This document shows, one piece after another, positions 46,701 through 55,046 of a stretch of DNA of 64,000 nt. The stretch spans positions 1-64,000 of IMG/VR virus record IMGVR_UViG_3300037400_003374; one strand, 5' to 3'. The position numbers were made by a program, and so were the translations under genes. Below the pieces are notes generated by a model. That model had not been told where the DNA came from and did not search any database. It saw nothing but the letters and a program-made list of their open reading frames with translations. This stretch comes from a virus (taxonomy: Duplodnaviria; Caudoviricetes). How positions within the stretch are numbered: position 1 is the stretch's first letter; every line of letters begins with the position of its first letter.

Positions 46701-47213
46701 ATGAAGTCCAGTTACGAAGCACGCGCCATCAAGTTCGCACATGTACTTGCCAACATGTTTGAAGACTGCATTGACCTGTATGATTTTGAAAACGTGATTT
46801 ATAACTACAATCTCACGCACTCCCGCAAGATCAAGTATGCTCATGGTGTGTCCCGTATTGCTATCATCCGCGCTGACTATGTTATCAAGTTCAACATGTA
46901 CCCCGAAGAAGACTTCGAAGATGGGCGCGCAGGAAACAACATGAGTGAAAGCGCAGTGTATGAAAGGGCAGTAAAGGCAGGAATGGCCCACCTTCTGGCA
47001 AAACCCACCATTATCAAGATTAACAATCAGGTTATTTCCATCATGCCCCGCATCAATGGTATTGATAACTGGGAGCGTGAATGGTATAACTATTGCACCG
47101 AAGAAGAAGCGGACTGGCTTGATGAAAATGTTTGCGACTTACATGAGGGCAACGTAGGATACCGCCACGGAAAAGTATGTGTGGTAGACTATGCTTGGGA
47201 CAGGGACATGTAG
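46701..47213 (+). CDS. Atypical protein-kinase-like (RIO/APH-fold-like) protein, 170 aa, ends at TAG
   Basis: HGVSRIA (P-loop-like), VIKF (Lys), DLHEGN (catalytic loop), VVDYA (DFG-like); TAGTAG followed by a terminator hairpin. Confidence 0.68.
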   Translation: MKSSYEARAIKFAHVLANMFEDCIDLYDFENVIYNYNLTHSRKIKYAHGVSRIAIIRADYVIKFNMYPEEDFEDGRAGNNMSESAVYERAVKAGMAHLLAKPTIIKINNQVISIMPRINGIDNWEREWYNYCTEEEADWLDENVCDLHEGNVGYRHGKVCVVDYAWDRDM

Positions 47214-47365
47214 TAGATAGGGGGAAACATTCCCCTATCTTACCAGATTGTACATGCCCGCATGCCGGCACGTCTGCCGGCGCGAGATTGACAGAAATTT
47301 AACAATCTTTTTTCAAAAAAGTACTTGACAAAAAATCCATTATCCCTTATAATACTCAATGTCAG

Positions 47366-47472
47366 GTGAGGGGAATAGCGCCTCCCTCACAAGAACCAGT
47401 GATTGAGGTGTGGCGACCCCAAGTAGACGAGGGTAACTCCTTGGAGAGGTAGAGTAGTCTTTCAGTCACTGG
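47366..47472 (+). ncRNA. Candidate stand-alone structured sRNA
   Basis: Own promoter at 47325; GTGAGGG/CCCTCAC hairpin, then 11-bp closing stem CCAGTGATTGA/TCAGTCACTGG around inner hairpins; no convincing ORF. Confidence 0.5.
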
Positions 47473-47544
47473 GACGAAAAAAATGCTTGACAAGCTGAGG
47501 AAATTATGCTATAATACTCACGTAATCAAGAGGAGGTGCAAGCT

Positions 47545-47682
47545 GTGAAATTCCTGAGCTGTGCATTAACCATGTGGGGTATTCTGTGGGGCATGTTCAT
47601 CCCGCCCTTCCTGTGGTTGTCCGCTGTCGGTATCGTGCTCATGATGGTGACTTGTTTGTTTATGGACGAGCAAACAAATTAA
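47545..47682 (+). CDS. Small membrane protein, 45 aa
   Basis: AGGAGG RBS, GTG start, MKFLSCALTMWGILWGMFIPPFLWLSAVGIVLMMVTCLF; not in the ORF track. Confidence 0.65.
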   Translation: MKFLSCALTMWGILWGMFIPPFLWLSAVGIVLMMVTCLFMDEQTN

Positions 47683-47783
47683 AAAAATTTTCAAAAAACT
47701 CTTGACAAATCACAAAACATCATGTATAATACTTAATGTAAACAGGGGAAGGAAAACCCCACAAACCAGAAAGGAATTGCCCT

Positions 47784-48113
47784 ATGAAAACTTCTTCTTA
47801 CGAAACTGTGTACGCTTTCCTGACCGCTAACGGATTTGAAGACGCCGAGATTCTCGCTGAGTTTGAGAAGGAAATTAACCGTAAGGCCGAAGTAAAGCAG
47901 GCCAAGGACACTCTGTACTCCGAAGCAAAAGCAATCGTGATGTCCGCTATTGAAGGCGCTTCCGCTACCATCGGTGAGATTTATGAAGCGGTTGAATCTG
48001 AACTCCCTGAGGGCTTCACCAAGGGCATGTTGCAGTACGCCATTACTCGCCTGTGGAAGGACGAACTTGTCAAGACTGAGGGCAAGGTCAATCGGTACTC
48101 TCGCAAGGTCTAA
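47784..48113 (+). CDS. Winged-helix-like protein, family W, copy 2
   Basis: Paralog of 45630-45950. Confidence 0.75.
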   Translation: MKTSSYETVYAFLTANGFEDAEILAEFEKEINRKAEVKQAKDTLYSEAKAIVMSAIEGASATIGEIYEAVESELPEGFTKGMLQYAITRLWKDELVKTEGKVNRYSRKV

Positions 48114-48264
48114 TCTCTAAGGCTCGCCTAGCGAGCCTTTTTTATGGCTATGAGTTAGTTGTGTCTAACTGCGCCGGCAAATTTTTTTTGAAAAAACTCT
48201 TGACATTTGTTTGAAAATCGATTATAATACCATTGTCACGAAGAGAAAGAAAGGTTGTGTAAAC

Positions 48265-48450
48265 ATGAAAGTTAAATTTACCGTTGCTGATTTGGATGCG
48301 CTTGAAGAAGTATACTATGAACTCGAAGGAACTATTCCCGCAAATACTACTCATGTTCCCAAAGAAGTAACATCCCGTATTATTGGCGAATTATGGCGCC
48401 GTATGGCAGAGCGTATTCAGAAGGAAGAAAAGAAAAAAGCGAGAGATTAA
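48265..48450 (+). CDS. Small hypothetical protein, 61 aa
   Basis: AGAAAGG RBS, own promoter. Confidence 0.62.
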   Translation: MKVKFTVADLDALEEVYYELEGTIPANTTHVPKEVTSRIIGELWRRMAERIQKEEKKKARD

Positions 48451-48526
48451 AAAAACTCTTGACAACTTCTACAAGATCGGTTATAATAGCATTGTTCCCA
48501 AGAGGAACAGAAAGGGAGTAAATAAA

Positions 48527-48700
48527 ATGGAAAAAACCTATACAGAGCAGGAAATCAAAGACTGGTTCAAAAGCATGATGAAAGAATACCCGAATAGCCA
48601 GATGAGTCAGCATCTGCAGTCGGTGTATGATGAAATGTTTGATCCCTTTTGGAAAAGAAATAATTTGAAAACTTTTGTTGAAAAAAGGGTTGACAAGTAA
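48527..48700 (+). CDS. Small hypothetical protein, 57 aa
   Basis: AGAAAGGGAG RBS, own promoter. Confidence 0.62.
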   Translation: MEKTYTEQEIKDWFKSMMKEYPNSQMSQHLQSVYDEMFDPFWKRNNLKTFVEKRVDK

Positions 48701-48756
48701 ACAGACTGGTGCTATAATACAACTGTCCCAAAGGGAACAGAAAGGATGGATTGAAA

Positions 48757-48957
48757 ATGATTACTAATTGGTATGAAATGGACGAATGGTCAGAAAATGA
48801 AATTATTAATACTGTTGCTAAGTATGTAAGAGGGATGGATGGAACGAAGTTAGACCAAAAAGATAAACAGCAGATTAAGGAGCTTTATAAAAAGAATCCT
48901 CTCATGTTGCAGATTATTTGTTCCGCATTTCACTCTGAAGGCTATGATTCGTTTTAA
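48757..48957 (+). CDS. Small hypothetical protein, 66 aa
   Basis: AGAAAGGA RBS, own promoter. Confidence 0.62.
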   Translation: MITNWYEMDEWSENEIINTVAKYVRGMDGTKLDQKDKQQIKELYKKNPLMLQIICSAFHSEGYDSF

Positions 48958-48975
48958 GGAAAGGATGAATATAAA

Positions 48976-49146
48976 ATGTGTACGCCACAGCAAAAAGAAA
49001 AACACGTTGAAATGATTAAGAAACTTAGCGATATTATTGCTAACTGCGATAATGATACCGAATTTTTCATTCGTTTAATCTGGGCTAATGAATGGATTAG
49101 TGAGCAGTTAAAAAAATCTCTTGACAACTTCTATAAAATCAGCTAA
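48976..49146 (+). CDS. Small hypothetical protein, 56 aa
   Basis: GAAAGGA RBS; MCTPQQKEKH...; not in the ORF track. Confidence 0.55.
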   Translation: MCTPQQKEKHVEMIKKLSDIIANCDNDTEFFIRLIWANEWISEQLKKSLDNFYKIS

Positions 49147-49187
49147 AATGGTATTGTTCTCAAGAAGAACAGAAAGGATGAATTAAA

Positions 49188-49412
49188 ATGTTTTATGGTA
49201 ACCATTTCCGCGGATTATGGAAATATGTTTGGTTTCGTTGCCTGATTACCTCTTTCGTTAATACGGTTGCAAACTGGGCAACTCGCCACGGTATCCCTTT
49301 TTATGTTTCTACTTGGTATAATATTAACAATGGTTTTACTGCAGACAAGATTGAAACTATGAGTAAACAGTATCTTGAATGGGCAAGGCAGAATGAGAAA
49401 GAAGATGATTAA
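49188..49412 (+). CDS. Small hypothetical protein, 74 aa
   Basis: AGAAAGGA RBS, own promoter. Confidence 0.62.
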   Translation: MFYGNHFRGLWKYVWFRCLITSFVNTVANWATRHGIPFYVSTWYNINNGFTADKIETMSKQYLEWARQNEKEDD

Positions 49413-49681
49413 AGTTGGTTAGTCGGCGCTAACCGCGCCGGCAAGGCGATCCGCCGGCAGGGTTAGTTATGACTAACTAACCCGAAAAAATTTTTTTATA
49501 AAATGCTTGACAACTTTTCAAAAATATACTATAATAAACATGTTCCAAGGGACGAGGTCAAGAAAATTCCAAACTGAAAAAAAAGTTTGAAAAAACTCTT
49601 GACAGACTTCCAAAACTATGCTATAATAAGCACGTAATCAAGGGAAGGAAAACCCTAACAAACCAGAAAGGACACTAAATT

Positions 49682-50008
49682 ATGAAGAAGTCTACTTTTG
49701 AAGCTATCCGCACCGCTCTTACCAAACTGGGTTATGACAATGCCGAAGTCCTTGCCGAGCTGGACAAGGAAATCAACAAAGGCGCTGATGTCAAGGCTAA
49801 GAATTCTGAGGTCTACGAGTCCTTCCACGACATTCTGATTGACAACCTCGCCACCTCTCCCGCAACTTGTGGCGAGATCTACGAGGCCATCAAGGACAAC
49901 CTCCCTGAGGGTATCACCAAGGGCAAGGTTCAGTATGCTCTGACTCATCTGTGGCAGGATGAGATTGTAAAGATTGAGGGCAAGCCTAATACCTACCGCA
50001 AGGCATAA
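49682..50008 (+). CDS. Winged-helix-like protein, family W, copy 3
   Basis: Paralog of 45630-45950. Confidence 0.75.
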   Translation: MKKSTFEAIRTALTKLGYDNAEVLAELDKEINKGADVKAKNSEVYESFHDILIDNLATSPATCGEIYEAIKDNLPEGITKGKVQYALTHLWQDEIVKIEGKPNTYRKA

Positions 50009-50133
50009 GCCTTTCCTTCTTGGTGGCGAAAACTGACTCGCCTTAATTGATGCGTAAGCGCTCCGTATAGCCAAGAACCACGAGAGTTTCTGAAGGGCTT
50101 TCAGTGTGGCTAAACAACACAAGCCCTTTATAC

Positions 50134-50219
50134 GGGAATGAGGACGATCAGATAATTGTCAGGCCCCTCGTGGGTAAGCGCAAGGCGCCAAGTGGGTGCG
50201 ACTCCCACCATTTCCACCA
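50134..50219 (+). ncRNA. tRNA-like element with alanine identity (G3.U70, A73, encoded CCA) and degenerate anticodon arm
   Basis: Acceptor GGGAATG/CATTTCC-A-CCA; T arm GTGGG-TGCGACT-CCCAC; D arm GACGAT/ATTGTC; extra arm GCGC/GCGC; terminator directly after. Confidence 0.68.
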
Positions 50220-50220
50220 A

Positions 50221-50242
50221 CCGCCTTCGGGCGGTTTTATTT
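50221..50242 (+). terminator. Intrinsic terminator
   Basis: CCGCC-TTCG-GGCGG followed by a T-rich tract. Confidence 0.85.
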
Positions 50243-50502
50243 TCAAGGCGAGTTAGTCTCAACTAACTCCGCCGGCGATGTTAGGCGTGACTAACTAAAA
50301 ATTTTTTTCTCCAAACTATTGACAAAATTTCAAAACTATACTATAATACAATTGTTCCAAGGAACGGGGACGGACTTAGGAAGGTGAGATGTTAAAGGTT
50401 GCCATGAAGTTTCTGTAGTCCCAGGAAATGGAGTGGCCAGGTTTCTGCGTGGCTTTCCCTGTTACGGAAAAAGTCACGCCCATTATGAAAGGGGTAAAAA
50501 TT

Positions 50503-50760
50503 ATGAGTAAAATTCTGGATGTAGAATGGCAGTCTTGGCATGAATTATCAGTGAATGTAGATGAAATTGTTGATGATTGTAAATATAGAATGGAAAAGTG
50601 GCATGTCCCTCTTGAAGAAGTAGTAGATATTGCAATTGAAGGTTATGTTTCTGGATTCGATGATGCACTGTATTACAGTTGGAACGAGGATGCGCAGAAA
50701 CAGGTAAGAGACGCCGTATTGCAGGCTTTCGGCGGTGTGCAGCTTAGCATGTTTGACTAA
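50503..50760 (+). CDS. Small acidic hypothetical protein, 85 aa, with a long structured leader
   Basis: GAAAGGGG RBS; promoter at 50319; leader hairpin GCGTGGC-TTTCC...GGAAA-AAGTCACGC. Confidence 0.62.
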   Translation: MSKILDVEWQSWHELSVNVDEIVDDCKYRMEKWHVPLEEVVDIAIEGYVSGFDDALYYSWNEDAQKQVRDAVLQAFGGVQLSMFD

Positions 50761-51029
50761 GCTAACCGCCCGCCGGCATATTTCTGCCGGCGGGAGTTAG
50801 TTATAACTAAGTAATTAAAAAAAATTTTTTCCAAGTAGTTGACATTCAGTGAAAATTGAGTATAATAGATACTGTCAGGAGGGAACAAGAGTCCCAATAA
50901 AAAAACTTTGAAAAAAAGTTTAAAAAAACTCTTGACAGACTTTCCAAAACCTGATATAATACAGATGTTCCCAAGGGAACGAACGAATGAGAAGGAAAAC
51001 TCAGCTAAACCAGAAAGGAAGATACCTCT

Positions 51030-51362
51030 ATGAAAAAGTCTACTATGAATGCTATCCTGTCCCTCATCTCCACCATGGATTCTCCCGAAGCTGAAACTGT
51101 ACGCAATGAGCTGACCGCTGAGCTGAACAGGGGAGCTGAAAAAGCTCAGGCAAATCGGGAGCTGTATGAGACCGCTTGGGATGCGGTTTATGGCGTGCTG
51201 GATGTCGAATATCCTGCTACTGTCGCTGAGATCTATGAAGCTGTAAAAGACTCTCTGCCCGCTGGTTTCACTAAGGCCAAGGTACAGTATGCGCTGGGAC
51301 ACTACTGGAACAAAGATGTCGTAAAGCATGAGGGCAAGGTTAACACCTACACTCGGGCTTAA
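51030..51362 (+). CDS. Winged-helix-like protein, family W, copy 4
   Basis: Paralog of 45630-45950. Confidence 0.75.
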   Translation: MKKSTMNAILSLISTMDSPEAETVRNELTAELNRGAEKAQANRELYETAWDAVYGVLDVEYPATVAEIYEAVKDSLPAGFTKAKVQYALGHYWNKDVVKHEGKVNTYTRA

Positions 51363-51598
51363 TTTCAACCTCTTGCGCCCTTCGGGGCGCCTTTTTATGC
51401 GCGGAGTTAGCCACAACTAACTCTGCCGGCCCGCGGTTAGGCAAGTCTAACTTCAAAAATTTTTAAAAAAAAATGCTTGACAATTTCCAAAATTATGCTA
51501 TAATAGACTCAAGAAGTTGAGGAACAGAAAAAAATTCCTCTTGACAACTTCTTAAAAACATGATACAATTAGTTGAACTTAAGGAAAGGATTGATTTT

Positions 51599-51937
51599 AT
51601 GAATAAGTCTCAGCTTGAAACCATGTTGCGCAACGACTACCTCGACACCCTTCAGAAACTTCTTTCCGAAAAATATGACACCGATGTGTTGCCTGTTAGC
51701 GCCAACGAACTTGCTCTCCCTTGTGTTGACGCGGAGGGCAACGAAAAATGGATTGTGGTAAAGGTTTCTACCCCTCGTGGGACTCGTGATGGCAAGGGCG
51801 GTTATATCCCTTATGATGGGTATGCTCTTGCGGAAGAATACCAGATGGAGTGCGAAGACAAGGCACAGGAAAAGGCCGAAAAACAGGCCATGAAGGAAAA
51901 GGAAAAGGAAAGCAAGAAAAAGAAAAAGGCCGAATAA
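51599..51937 (+). CDS. Hypothetical protein with Lys/Glu-rich C-terminus, 112 aa
   Basis: GGAAAGGA RBS; weak similarity to 55572-55970 and to the N-terminal half of 58679-59170. Confidence 0.7.
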   Translation: MNKSQLETMLRNDYLDTLQKLLSEKYDTDVLPVSANELALPCVDAEGNEKWIVVKVSTPRGTRDGKGGYIPYDGYALAEEYQMECEDKAQEKAEKQAMKEKEKESKKKKKAE

Positions 51938-52001
51938 TTCGGCCTTGACTTTCTCTTCATTCTATGCTATAATGGTCCACGTTGAAAGGAGCAATTTGAT
52001 T

Positions 52002-52688
52002 ATGAAAGATTTGTACATGGTATTTGATACGGAAACTTGCAACACTCCCAAAATTGATGGGCAGCTTGATACCAGCGCGGGCCAGGTTTATGACTTTGGT
52101 TTTCAGATTGTAGACAATGAAGGGAATGTTTATGAGGAACATTCATACGTCAATGAAGATGTATTCTTTGATCTTCCCGAAGCTATGCAAGAATCATTCT
52201 TTGCTGACAAAATCCCGCAGTACTTGGAAGGACTGCGCAACGGTTCCCATCAAATGGTTAACACTTGGGATTTATACAGGATTGTCAGGAAAATGGTCGA
52301 GAAGTACGACATTAAAGCCTTCATTGCGCACAATGCGCGCTTTGACGTTGCAGTATTAAATGCAACACTGCGTTATCAAACTAAAAGCGTTCGGCGGTAC
52401 TTCTTCCCTTATGGTATCCCCATTTGGGACACAATGAAGATGGCTAACGATACAATTTGTAAACTGTCGTCATATAAACAGTTTTGTGAAGTCAATGGAT
52501 ATATGACCAAGCATAAAATTCCACAGGTGCGCAAAACAGCGGAAATTTTATGGCGCTTCCTTCAGAAAGATAATGACTTTGAAGAAAAGCATACGGGCCT
52601 TGAAGACGTAAAAATTGAGGCGCAGATTTTCGCGGAGTGCGTGCGGAGACATAAGAAAATGGAACGCCTCGCAGACCTTGACAAATAA
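52002..52688 (+). CDS. DEDDh 3'-5' exonuclease (DnaQ-like), copy 1
   Basis: Exo I FDTET, Exo II AHNARFD, Exo III HTGLED. Confidence 0.85.
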   Translation: MKDLYMVFDTETCNTPKIDGQLDTSAGQVYDFGFQIVDNEGNVYEEHSYVNEDVFFDLPEAMQESFFADKIPQYLEGLRNGSHQMVNTWDLYRIVRKMVEKYDIKAFIAHNARFDVAVLNATLRYQTKSVRRYFFPYGIPIWDTMKMANDTICKLSSYKQFCEVNGYMTKHKIPQVRKTAEILWRFLQKDNDFEEKHTGLEDVKIEAQIFAECVRRHKKMERLADLDK

Positions 52689-52779
52689 GGCCCCGCGGGG
52701 CCGGCAAAAATTTTTTTCAAAAACCTATTGACATTTTTTCCAAGTTATACTATAATTAACAATGTCAGGAGGGATATGA

Positions 52780-52938
52780 ATGAAACGAGCACTGTATAAG
52801 CGTTATGATGAACTCTCTGCTTGGGATTTAAACAAAGGTTGCAGACATATTGTAAATCAGCATACTCCCGCAAGGCGCAGACTGAAAAAGGTATTGCGCA
52901 AGCAGGCACGTGCACGACTGAAAGGAGCGATATTATGA
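52780..52938 (+). CDS. Small basic protein, 52 aa
   Basis: GGAGGG RBS, own promoter; ATGA overlap with the next gene. Confidence 0.55.
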   Translation: MKRALYKRYDELSAWDLNKGCRHIVNQHTPARRRLKKVLRKQARARLKGAIL

Positions 52939-53240
52939 GGGATGCTATCATGGGAACTTATGACAGGGAGTATACTTACTGCCCTGTAAACGCTTACGGT
53001 AATTGCCCTTATTGTGATAAAAAGTGTATCTGTCACGTTGAAGACCCTTTGAAAGATTGCGATGATTGGGGCATGTTCTGGGGCAGTTGGGATGAATGGA
53101 AAAGGATTGACTGGGTAACCGAGGACAATTCCGCACAGGACGAGATTGAATGGGCCGAAGAAAACTACGGCTATGAAGAACCCGATAATATAGAAATGGG
53201 TTTTGACCCCTACGCAGGTTGTTATACAGATGACTGTTGA
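52935..53240 (+). CDS. Cys/Trp-rich acidic hypothetical protein, 101 aa
   Basis: GAAAGGAG RBS; CPVNAYGNCPYCDKKCIC; ends MGFDPYAGCYTDDC. Confidence 0.68.
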   Translation: MRDAIMGTYDREYTYCPVNAYGNCPYCDKKCICHVEDPLKDCDDWGMFWGSWDEWKRIDWVTEDNSAQDEIEWAEENYGYEEPDNIEMGFDPYAGCYTDDC

Positions 53241-53369
53241 GCGGGTTAGCTTCGGCTAACCCTGCCGGCCAAAAATTTTTTTCGGAAACCTCTTGACAAG
53301 GCCGAAAAGTATGATATAATATACAGGAAAGTTGAAGGAAAACAACTCAAACCAGAAAGGTATTTAAAA

Positions 53370-54035
53370 ATGAATTTCCTTGTACTTGATGGTGAGACTT
53401 GCAACACTCCCAAAATTGATGGCCAGTTAGATGTCAAAAATGGTCAGGTTTATGACCTTGGTGGAATGGTCATTGATGAGTATGGACAGGAAAAGATGCG
53501 GTTTAGCGTAGTAAATGAAGATGTATTCTTCAGAATGCCCTATCAGATGAAAGAAGCGTATTACAGCGAAAAAATCCCGCAGTACATTAAAGACATTAAC
53601 AGCGGGAAACGCAAGGTAGTAAATACTTGGCAGATGTGGAAAATGGTACAGAACATTTGCAAAGAATACAAAGTGCAGGCAATTGTTGCACATAATGCAT
53701 ACTTTGATATTCAGACATTAAATGCTACTATGCGCTATCAGACTAAATCAGCAAAGCGTTATTTCCTTCCCTATAAAATGAACGTCATTGACAGCTTAAA
53801 AGTTGCACGTAAAGTATTTAGCAATGATATTGATTACATTCAGTTCTGTAAGGAAAATGGCTATATGACCAATACCAAAACCCCTCGCCCTAGACTTACC
53901 GCCGAAGTATTATGGCGCTATATCAGCAATGACAATGATTTCATTGAAAGTCATACAGGATTTGAAGATGTGGAAATTGAAAGCAAAATTTTTTCAAAAT
54001 GTCTTGACAAAATCCGCAAACATGATATAATGTAA
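53370..54035 (+). CDS. DEDDh 3'-5' exonuclease, copy 2
   Basis: LDGET, AHNAYFD, HTGFED; paralog of 52002-52688. Confidence 0.85.
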   Translation: MNFLVLDGETCNTPKIDGQLDVKNGQVYDLGGMVIDEYGQEKMRFSVVNEDVFFRMPYQMKEAYYSEKIPQYIKDINSGKRKVVNTWQMWKMVQNICKEYKVQAIVAHNAYFDIQTLNATMRYQTKSAKRYFLPYKMNVIDSLKVARKVFSNDIDYIQFCKENGYMTNTKTPRPRLTAEVLWRYISNDNDFIESHTGFEDVEIESKIFSKCLDKIRKHDIM

Positions 54036-54061
54036 TCATCAACCAGAAAGGAATTGATAAT

Positions 54062-54199
54062 ATGAAAGTGTACATCAAGAATGTTGCTCAGGAACAGACA
54101 GTACGTGAACTTCCCTTTACTCATGCCCTTTGGCTTCGGTGGAAAGTCTTCACCATGTACGCCAAAAAGGGTAGGCCCATTGTCAGATTTTTAATCTGA
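54062..54199 (+). CDS. Small basic protein, 45 aa
   Basis: CCAGAAAGG RBS, own promoter; not in the ORF track. Confidence 0.55.
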   Translation: MKVYIKNVAQEQTVRELPFTHALWLRWKVFTMYAKKGRPIVRFLI

Positions 54200-54246
54200 C
54201 CTTGGGCGGCCCTTCCATCAGAATTTAATAAAAGGAGAAATGAAAT

Positions 54247-54489
54247 ATGGATACTAACATGACTATCGCCAATATGCTTTATGAAGCTAACAAGATGCCC
54301 TACGATGACGTGACATTACTGATTAAAAAGTTGCGGGCAGTCCAAGCACGAAAGGCATTACAGCGCCAGTTTCATGAGCGCATGAATGACTTGATTCAGG
54401 AAGCACGGGAACAGGGTTTTGAGTTTGTAGATCATACTTGCGGATACCTTTGGCGCGAAGACGAATTCACGGTATTTGATAACGAATGA
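54247..54489 (+). CDS. Small hypothetical protein, 80 aa
   Basis: AAGGAG RBS. Confidence 0.65.
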   Translation: MDTNMTIANMLYEANKMPYDDVTLLIKKLRAVQARKALQRQFHERMNDLIQEAREQGFEFVDHTCGYLWREDEFTVFDNE

Positions 54490-54540
54490 TGGGAGAAATC
54501 CCATCATTCGGGAGCCCGCCGGCACGCTAGGCCCACTTTG

Positions 54541-55046
54541 TCAAGAGTGGGCGTTGCAAGCGTAGTCAATAATTACGGGATGCCCTTCTTTCCAGCCATA
54601 ATTCTGATTGTGTACGTCATAAATATGTTCCATAACCCAATCGCATTCATCGCCTACCAAATACTCATAAACGTCATACTGATATTTACCAATTCCAGGA
54701 ATTCTAGGCATGATGCAGAAGGAATGGCCCATATATTCAACCATGGTGGGTTTTGCTAACAGATGAGCAAAACCCTCTTTTTCTGCCAAAGCATACAACT
54801 TAACTTCATCAGCACAGGAACCAAAGTCATGCACATTACGATAAGAACCAAAATCATATTTGATAACATAGTCAGAAGTAATAAAGCACACACGAGTCAG
54901 GCATGTGTAAACACAACATGACGCTGATGGTCATAGTTAAAATGACGCACTGCCTTTTCAAACTGATGCCAGCTATCACAATTGGCGATATAGTCATAGA
55001 ACTGATGCAGGAACTTCTCAGCGCGAACTTCATAACTAGTCTTCAT
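54541..55046 (-). pseudogene. Frameshifted kinase-like paralog of 46701-47213
   Basis: MKTSYEVRAEKF...VFTH then CAT GCC TGA. One extra G near 54900 would give HGLTRVCFI, matching HGVSRIAII of the paralog. Downstream DVHNQN and IIDYA motifs are intact. Confidence 0.72.

Noticed and set aside
44982-47472. Assigning the structured RNAs to hammerhead or other known ribozymes or riboswitches
   Set aside because: The hammerhead core (CUGANGA...GAAA) is not present, and I could not match any other family by eye.
50134-50219. Canonical tRNA-Arg(TCG), amber suppressor tRNA or full tmRNA
   Set aside because: No proper anticodon stem-loop, no CTA anticodon, and too short to hold a tag reading frame. 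I found no suppressor tRNA anywhere in the window by eye.
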